Part shown: piece by piece, positions 55,775 through 64,000 of the stretch
Layout: each line of letters starts with the position of its first letter
How positions within the stretch are numbered: the first letter of the stretch is position 1
The notes under the pieces: model-generated
The model's input: the letters and a program-made list of their open reading frames with translations, nothing else
What the model was told of the DNA's origin: nothing
Database searches by the model: none
Program-made: the position numbers and the translations under genes
Assembly: GCF_001194135.2 (NCBI RefSeq)
Contig: NC_068990.1
Span: 72,737,465-72,801,464, forward strand
DNA from: Octopus bimaculoides
Taxonomy: Eukaryota
Direction: 5' to 3'
DNA: 64,000 nucleotides

Positions 55775-55930
55775 CAATAGGCTTCTTTCAGTGTCTGCCT
55801 ACCAAACCCACTCACAAGGCTTTGGTCAGCCTGAGGCTATAGTCAAAGACACTTTCCCTAGGTTCCACACAGTAGGACTGAACCCAGAACAATGTGGTAG
55901 GGAAGCAAGCTTCTTACCACACAGCGACAC
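55775..55930 (-). mobile_element. SINE-A head copy
   Basis: ggcttctttcagt...cactcacaaggctttggtcagcctgaggctatag...ggactgaaccc...cttaccacacagc. Confidence 0.85.
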
Positions 55931-55944
55931 ATGTAAATATATAG

Positions 55945-55981
<37 letters not shown>

Positions 55982-56254
55982 NNNNNNNNNNNNNNNNNNN
56001 NNNNNNNNNNNNNNNNNNNNNNNNNNNNNNNNNNNNNNNNNNNNNNNNNNNNNNNNNNNNNNNNNNNNNNNNNNNNNNNNNNNNNNNNNNNNNNNNNNNN
56101 NNNNNNNNNNNNNNNNNNNNNNNNNNNNNNNNNNNNNNNNNNNNNNNNNNNNNNNNNNNNNNNNNNNNNNNNNNNNNNNNNNNNNNNNNNNNNNNNNNNN
56201 NNNNNNNTATATATATATATATATATAGCAAGAGAGAGAGAGAGAGAGAGAGAG

Positions 56255-56560
56255 GAGCACTTTGTTGATTACGACAACAAGGGCCTCAGCTGATATGATC
56301 AACAGAACAGCCGCTCATGAAATTAACATGCAAGTGGTTGAGCACTCTATGGAAACATCCTCAAGGAACAGTCAGCATGACACAGAGTGTGACAAGGCTG
56401 GCCCTTTGAAATACAGGTACTACTCATTTCTGTTAGCTGAGTGGATTGGAGTAACGTGAAAAGTGTCTTGCTCAAGAACACTGCCATCACCAGCAACTGA
56501 ACTCATGACCCTTACGATCGTGAGCCAAATATCCCAACCATTAAGCCACATACCTTCACA
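56255..56560 (-). mobile_element. SINE-C copy
   Basis: Reverse complement matches 16136-16455 (tgtgacaaggctggccctttgaa, gtgtcttgctcaagaacac). Confidence 0.85.
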
Positions 56561-56662
56561 TATATATATCATCATCATCATCATCGCTTAACGTCTGCTT
56601 TCCATGCTGGCATACACATTATTTATATATGTGTGTGTATATATACACATACACACACACAT

Positions 56663-57050
56663 TTTTTGTTGGCACTCAGTCGCTTACGACGACGAGGGTT
56701 CCAGTTGATCCGATCAACGTAACAGCCTACTCGTGAAATTAACGTGCAAGTGGTTGAGCATTTCACAGACACGTGTACCCTTAACGTAGTTCTCAGGGAG
56801 ATTCAGCATGACATAGAATGTGACAAGACTGACTCTTTGAATTACGGGCACAACAGAAACAGGAAGAAAGAGTGAGAGAAAGTTGTGGTGAAAGAGTACA
56901 GCAGGGTTCACCACCATCCCCTGCCGGAGCCTCATGGAGCTTTAGGTGTTTTCGCTCAATAAACACTCACAATGCCCGGTCTGCGAATCGAAACTGCGAT
57001 CCTATGACCACGAGTCCGCTGCCCTTACCACTGGGCCACTGCACCTCCAC
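56663..57050 (-). mobile_element. Well-preserved SINE-D (different head, SINE-C-type 3' half)
   Basis: rc head gtggaggtgcagtggcccagtggtaagggcagcggactcg...gtttcgattcgc with A/B-box-like motifs; 3' half shared with SINE-C. Confidence 0.9.
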
Positions 57051-57175
57051 ACACACACACAAAGACATATATAATACACATACACACTTTTAATATAGTA
57101 AATATGTTTACATATATGTACCTTTAATAAATATACATTTAACCTCGCTATCGAAAAGAGACTCTGAAGTCAAAC

Positions 57176-57222
<47 letters not shown>

Positions 57223-57513
57223 CTGCAAAACAAACCAAACAGCTTCATTAATTTTTGCCTGGTTTATTGCTGGCTCACCAAAGTTTACTTCTCAAAATAC
57301 ACTATGAGTAACAGGCATTACTTTTACTAAATTCGCATATCTGCACATTTATGGCACATATATTAATTAATAATTAATTAAAGTACTGAGACAAGATACA
57401 TGGATAAATTCTAGATCTAATATATGTTTAATGAACAGACATTTAAGCCTTGCTGAGAGTCTATTTGCATAGCGAGATTTATATATGCATGTCAATTAAA
57501 CCTATACTCCAAA

Positions 57514-57553
<40 letters not shown>

Positions 57554-57992
57554 AGTATATGTCTGCACACATATGTTGATATAAAACATTATAAGAACCA
57601 ATTTCATGCACAAAAGAGTCCTACCAATGGGTTTGTTCCTCTATTCTTGACCAATTGGTGCTGTAATAGCCCAATATCATATTAGAAATCTTATGTATGT
57701 GATGTGTGTGTGTGTGTGCACGTGTGTGTGCATACACATATGTGTGTTGGCTCCGTTGGTGAAAAAGTGTGTGAATTTGATTTGAATCTTCTTGCTTGCA
57801 TCATTATTCTCCCCCCCCCCCGCCAGATTTTGATGCTACAGATACTTTAAAGAAGTGATGAGCTAAATCTTGTAATTCCTGAATGTTAATCTAATATTCA
57901 GCAATAATCACAGTAGAAACAACAATTTGTTACCTTAGAAGAAGACACTAGGAATGTAAATATGCAAACACAAGTGTGTGTTGTGTGTGTGT

Positions 57993-58023
<31 letters not shown>

Positions 58024-58509
58024 CATGTGCAAGTTTAGTAAACAATGGGAGTAAATGGCAAAATGATAAAGCTTAGAAGTTTAGGTGATTCAGTTGCTAC
58101 ATGACTGGCTACTATGTAGTAATATTATAACCATTCCAAGATATGGAACTAATGATGACATAGTAATTAGGGTGAAAGTATAGTGAAAGAATTTTTATCA
58201 TCATCATCATCAATGTCTGTTAGGCACAAAGGGACTCTTCTTATTTGCTTTTCTCTTTTATTTCTTCCTTTTTGTCTTATACCAGCCTACTTATATCACA
58301 CACACCAGCTTAATAATGAAATAATTATTTGACAGAGATTTTCCAGGTGTAATTATTTTCAAAATTAACTAATCATGTTAAGCAGAATATTTTGTCAGAA
58401 ATATGGTCATAGCACCCTCAATAGAGAGTTTAGTTTGTGTGTCATATGTAAGCAGTGTGCTTTTCCACAGTAAGTAGACACAGACAACGCAAGCAGAATA
58501 CCTTTAAAA

Positions 58510-58740
58510 CCCTTTAGCATTTGAACCAGTCATATCCAGCCCAGATATGACTTTGTAGGCATGTCCACGTGTGTTAGACACAACTCAGTCAGATCTAAGC
58601 TCTCACACCTACCCTACAATGTTATTCTAAAAATAGTCACATCATTAAAATCTCAAAACTACTAGATAATGCCGGATTATTTCAAAACAATGTGGATAAA
58701 TAAGAAATGCATTTGACTGAATAATTTGAATGCTAAAGGG
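58510..58740. mobile_element. piggyBac-type MITE (family 1)
   Basis: 12-bp perfect TIR ccctttagcatt / aatgctaaaggg; internal similarity to 27487-27693; TTAA flanks mutated. Confidence 0.85.
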
Positions 58741-59141
58741 TGTAAGCTTGTAATGTCGAAGACTCTTCCATTTTGCTTAATACACCTTGTTTGTTGTTCC
58801 CTCCCCTATCTCCATTTTCTGCTTTTTGTACAATTTTGAACAATATATATATATATATATATANNNNNNNNNNTTTATATACATATAATAAGGAAAGACT
58901 AATTTCAGAATGGTACATTGTATTGTCTCCAAACTATTTCACAGTACTGCTGAAATACAGTAGATAGAATTTAGCCAACAGTATGAAAGAGAAACAATTA
59001 AAAGTGTGCTTTATCTTGCATTTTATTTATTTTTAAAAGTCATTTTACTAAGTGGTATGATGCATTTCTTGTTTATTTCCAGGTCATGCTTGACTGAGCA
59101 AGCCCACGATCAAAGGTGTTTCAGCCATGATTACTTTTTAA

Positions 59142-59326
59142 CCCTTTCGTTACCGTATTTATTTTGAGATGTTTTGTGTTTCTTTCAATTAATTTTAAAT
59201 ATAACAAAGAATTTAGTAAAATAACTTAGTTATCGTCAAATTAGTGTTAGGAACATTTTAATTCAAAACTTATGAAAACAAGACATTTGTACTACAGAGC
59301 CCGAGGCAGTTTCAGCTGGGTTGGTA
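59142..59326. mobile_element. piggyBac-type MITE (family 2), right end interrupted by a SINE-A head (59330-59440)
   Basis: TTAA|ccctttcgttacc left end; ends gggttggta just before the expected terminus. Confidence 0.75.
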
Positions 59327-59559
59327 TTTAGCTTGTGGCTAACCTATAAGACACCTGTCCAAAGTGCCATGCCATGGGACTGAATCTGGAGCTATGTGGT
59401 TAAGAAGCAAACTTCTGATAACACAGTCACACTTGCACCTATAATGACTTCCTGTACATGGTAAGCATGCATCTATAACAGCAGCCACAAAGACTTGGCT
59501 TCCTCTTCAGAATCAGAGAATATTCCAGCTCTCATCAGTTACTGATTGTTAACAAGTTG

Positions 59560-59930
59560 CAAGTATGATCTACTTTATCATACAACTGTTCATACTCGAG
59601 GACAGGACAGCTGTTCAGTTTGTAAAGAGTCTCAACACAATATACACAAATTATCTGGCAAGCCTTCATTCAACAACATGCAACAACCACTATCCCACTG
59701 ACGTGTTGTGCCCCTCCCCTCCACTCACCATCTGTTGCTTCTGCTGCTATTACAATGGCTTCTACCACATCAAAGTAGCAACATGTGCACTATCTGCTAC
59801 TGCATCTCTCTTTCAGCCAACAGACCCTGTACAAAAACTCTTTACCCCCAACTTTCTCCACCAGAACTGTAACAACTCTCTTGCTAACTTCATTTTCCCT
59901 AAGCTGAACACCAATTAAACAGATGAATTG
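59560..59930 (+). mobile_element. Decayed CR1/L2-group LINE 3' remnant
   Basis: QPLSH*RVV followed, after a frameshift, by CYYNG, resembling the post-RT LQPLSHRR..SLFYRYYNG motif; explains the 117-aa ORF. Confidence 0.5.
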
Positions 59931-60131
59931 AAAGAGACTAGAGATAGTTTCCATCAACAATTTTGAGTATAAACAAGTTTAAAAGTGAGTGGAATAAATG
60001 ACACTAAGAAGGAATGCTGCCCAAAGCCATTCCTTGTGGTAAACTAATTAATTGCGCTTTTGAGCTGAACATAAATTTCATTAGCCTCATCAGTCTGGGA
60101 GGGTCTGCAATGTCTACTACATGCACTGGTT

Positions 60132-60725
60132 GGATTTTTTTAAAACGGGGGCCACATTTTTCATTAACGAAACACTTTGAAACTTGGAACACTGGTAGAA
60201 TGTGTCATATAAAACATCTTTTTCTCTTAGTCTTCTTAAAAAAAAAAGAAATCCCTAAGTTATTCCATGTGAAAGTTGTATTTCTGTAATTTCAACCAAT
60301 CACTGACGTCCATTCAGCCGATATACATTAAGTGCCGACTACATAAACAAATGATTCTGAAACAATTAACACTAACCCTAACCCTAACCCTAACCCTAAC
60401 TCTAGGGTTAGAGTTAGGGTTAGGGTTAGGGTTAAAGCAAATTTAAAATGAAAAAAGCAAATAAAACGAAGGTATGGAGATTAAATACGCTTTACATCGC
60501 TTAATCAGCCAAAGGAGTAAATGTAAACAACTGAATACTTGTCAGTGATTGGTTGAAATTATCGAAATAAGACAATTTTTTACATGAAATAAATTCGAAT
60601 ACAAAAATATTTTTCTGTTCTATAACACAAAATAGATAAGTATACGAAGTTCGAAAGTCTTTCCGTACCAAAAACACTACATAAAACATTAATGAAAAAT
60701 GTGGCCCCCGTCTTAAAATAGATCC
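60132..60725. mobile_element. 594-bp foldback non-autonomous DNA transposon, Merlin-like termini
   Basis: Perfect 8-bp TSD CACTGGTT (60124-60131, 60726-60733); GGAT...ATCC termini; 36/37-bp TIR with a 23-bp perfect core; imperfect inverted homology for ~190 bp. Confidence 0.85.
60372..60435. repeat. Interstitial telomeric repeats in (CCCTAA)n-(TTAGGG)n inverted arrangement
   Basis: ctaaccctaaccctaaccctaaccctaactcta-gggt-tagagttagggttagggttagggttaa. Confidence 0.98.
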
Positions 60726-60749
60726 CACTGGTTCACTTCACTAACTTGA

Positions 60750-60975
60750 ATAATAATTCTTTCCAATTTTGGCAGTAGGCCATCAGTTTGAAGGGAAGGA
60801 GTAAGTCAATTACATCGAACCTAGTACTTTATAAATACTTGTTTTTATCAACCCTGAAAGAACAAAAGGTGAAGTCAACCTTGGCAGAATTAGAACTCAA
60901 AACATAAAGAGCCAAAAGAAATGCCACTGAGCATATTTTGTTCAAGATGCTAACAACTCAGCTGGCTGCCATTTA
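60750..60975 (-). mobile_element. Solo SINE-B copy
   Basis: gtaagtcaattacatcgaacc...aaaggtgaagtcaaccttggcagaattagaactcaaaac. Confidence 0.8.
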
Positions 60976-61489
60976 TCTAACTTAAATACTAATGACAATG
61001 GCAATGAAGACTCTGTCCTAATCAGCCGCAACTCATCTTTGTCTACAAAACAACTGAAACTGAATTTGAAGACTGGGTATTTGTAGAATCAACTAAATGC
61101 AGATGAGCATGTTGTCACCATTAGAATCAATCTAGAATTAGCAACAGCAGAGGAGGGAACCCAAGTTGGCATAGCTAGGTTCAGCTGACAAAGCCTAAGA
61201 GTAAATATTGCTATGATTAATAAATGGAACTATCAGAAAAGAACAGGAATGCAGCTTGTTGAAAGTTATCAATACAAATAGGCAGAAATAGATTGTCCTG
61301 AATACTCCATATGAATGTAGTGTACTCTCCACCCAAGTCTGTTCAAAACAAGCAGAATTATGTTCTATTTTTTCAAACTATATTATGGTTTGTGTATTAT
61401 AGATATATGTATCCATGTGATAAAGAATCTGCTTCATAACCACAAGTGTGTGCTATCTTGGGAAAATGATTTTTACTATAGGCCCAGAC

Positions 61490-61633
<144 letters not shown>

Positions 61634-61649
61634 AGTCGTGTGCATGAGT

Positions 61650-62115
61650 GTATGTTTGTGTCTCCTTGTCATGACATCATGTAATAGTTGTAAAATGATT
61701 GTCACCGTCATTCTGCAAGAACAGGTCCGTCCATGGAGAAACAAGTACAGTTACCTTCTTGAATCATACCAACTCATAACTGCTGGTTTCCCGGTTTCAT
61801 GGTGTATATATTCTCCACCTTGATGGGATGCCAGTCTGTTGCAGAATTACTCACTTTTGCCAGCTGAGTGGACTGGAGCAACATGAAATGAAGTGCTTTG
61901 CTCAAGAACATAACACATCAACTGGTCCAGGAATCAAAACCACAACCTTACAGTCATGAGTCCAATACCCTAACCACTAAGCCATGTGCTTCCACAATGG
62001 AGAATCAGGAGAGGACTGGTGATAGGAAGGGCATGCAGCTGTAGAAAATTTGCCTACATAATCTCAATCTGACCTATGAAAGTGGACATTATGATAATGA
62101 AGACGATGATGATGA
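61650..62115 (+). mobile_element. SINE-A2 body interrupted by a minus-strand SINE-C (61765-61996)
   Basis: ccttgtcatgacatcatg...gttaccttcttg | insert | ggaagggcatgcagctgtagaaaa...aaagtggacattatgataatgaagacgatgatgatga. Confidence 0.8.
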
Positions 62116-64000
62116 TAATTTTGTTGTTATCCAATTTGTCCCTCCTGTCTATAAATGGTACAGTGTGTCATGAAGGGGGATCTGGTGGTTATTTCTAGCA
62201 TGTAAAATGGTTATGTAGAGGCTCCCTTGATAACTTATTCTTTAGCTATTTGACTGCATGGGTAATCTTAGATGTGTTGCCAACGATTGTACAATGTCTG
62301 TCTATATTGCAAAACAGTTGGTGAAAATAACGGTTCACTGATGCTTTTATTATTTATTTATTTATTTATTCTTAGAAATGTTTGCAGTAACAGTGTCAAT
62401 AAAGTCAACAAATTAGTTTCCATAGTCAATTAACACACTACATAAGCTAAAAGATTGTGTGAAAATTCTTTGAAGATTTTTTTTCTAAAAAAAAAAAAAC
62501 CCCAAAAGATTCAGAGATTCATGTAAAATATTATTACAATTGTAAACATGAAACAATGAATATAAAGCCATATGACTATAAACAGGACTCGTTTTCATTC
62601 CATGTATTTAAATATGAATAGTCTTACATGAAAATGTGTATGTTTATGCTTCTAAAACTACTAATATTTCAGAAATCAATGGAAATAATATTCACAGTGA
62701 AAGATTTCTTTTAAAAAAGAACAAAGAATGAGACAAAATATATTACTTTATCAAATCTATACAAAACTGGTTTTTCAAAATTTTTCTTTTCTTTCTTTTT
62801 TTTTTTTTTTTGTAGGAGAAGAAAGAATGGAAGCATAAACTTTGGTTGTCCGCTGAAAATAAAATATCCTAAAATACACCAAAGATTTTCACTTGATGTT
62901 ACATGATTTTCATGTGGAAAGCAGAACTGTTAAAATTATTAAACAAATAAATAAAAAAAAAAAAATGAAAGGGACAAAAAAAAAAAATGAAATGAAATGT
63001 AAACCAGATACATAACAAAAGTAAACTATAAATCGAGCAAAGAAAATTACCAGGCAATGCGTTTCTTGATTCACTTATATTTGTAAAGATAGTGTTATTT
63101 AGTTGGGACAAAGGAAATGAAAGCTTATATGTAAATGATTTATACACTTAGTAAAATTATATTGATGGTGTATTGAGCACCATTAACAAACTTTTTCCCA
63201 TCAACACATTTGATATATAGCAGAAAATTATTACACTATAATACTAATGTAGAAGACAAGGAACTTAATGTTATAATTTTGACATATGTGCAAACAAATA
63301 TTGGATTGAAACTAATGGAAGAGGCAAGCAGAAAAAAATAGTCTGAGAATGATATAACAGACATATAAGGTGGGGGAAAAAAAAAGGAAAATATTGATGA
63401 ATGAGGTATAATTACATTATTATTTTCAGTTCAATAAAGTGGAGACTTTATGATAAATATCACTTATTCCCTTCACATAAAAATCTATTAAATGCTTATG
63501 AATAAAATAACAAAAGCTTTTTACATGAATAACTGGTTAACAATTACTATTTTGGAAAGTGCAAATTAATAATTAAATTTTTGTATAAGTAAAAGTCTAC
63601 AAGTTAAAACTGCTTAAAGATTGAATAAGCTGAGTAAACATCGATAAATTGTTTGAAACAGAAAAGAAGAGAAAACAAAAAAAAAACTTTTTGTTATATG
63701 TATTGAGTAGTGAAAAGTACTTTCTAATTTGAGAGAAATTTAGTAGAACGTCATAAAAATACACATCGAAAAGTAATGATTTATACTCTACAGCCTTTAC
63801 CAGAGTTTTATTTTCACAATGCCAAATGTGCTATGACATTAAAGTTTAGACATTAAATAAATATTTAACTCAAACATATCCGATAATTTAAAAGTAACAT
63901 GAAATATTGATATAGTATTTTATCACTGAATAAGAGATTTCCATAGAAAGAATAAAAAAACAATCAAAAAAACAAAAAAAAGCACAGAATGTTTATAAAA

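Noticed and set aside
56960-57050. tRNA-gene-like sequence (also SINE-A and SINE-B heads)
   Set aside because: A/B-box-like motifs are present, but no complete cloverleaf was evident and each runs directly into a SINE body
60372-60435. Ancient telomere-telomere chromosome fusion site
   Set aside because: A fusion gives (TTAGGG)n-(CCCTAA)n; here the order is reversed and the tract lies inside a TSD-bounded transposon
62780-62910. Very strong plus-strand acceptor (T-run then gtag at 62815)
   Set aside because: All three frames close within 30 codons, no donor, no recognisable peptide; T-runs ending in AG are common here

Overview
AT-rich, microsatellite-dense eukaryotic scaffold with 9 N-gaps. 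The repeat content (tRNA-headed SINEs with internal (TA)/(CA) tracts, RTE-type (GAT)n tails, TTAA-flanked MITEs) resembles a coleoid cephalopod, probably Octopus; this is an inference, not a database result. No recognisable protein-coding gene: the supplied ORFs are microsatellite translations (IY/CV/HT), N-gap read-through or decayed retroelement remnants. The window looks like intronic or intergenic DNA around one CpG-retaining, SINE-free domain (~34.1-36.1 kb) that carries a perfect minus-strand splice donor at 35445. Supported features are several SINE families (working names A1, A2, B, C, D), MITEs of hAT, mariner, piggyBac and Merlin type (TIRs visible, TSDs in several), and LINE remnants. 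The most unusual observations are: (1) a 594-bp GG..CC foldback element with an 8-bp TSD whose core is a perfect telomeric-repeat hairpin; (2) two same-orientation head-to-tail arrays of diverged SINE-B copies joined by (AAT)n, bracketing the CpG domain; (3) a candidate recursive splice site with an RS-exon; (4) a near-perfect 57-nt hairpin. Boundaries of decayed repeats are approximate and were read by eye.
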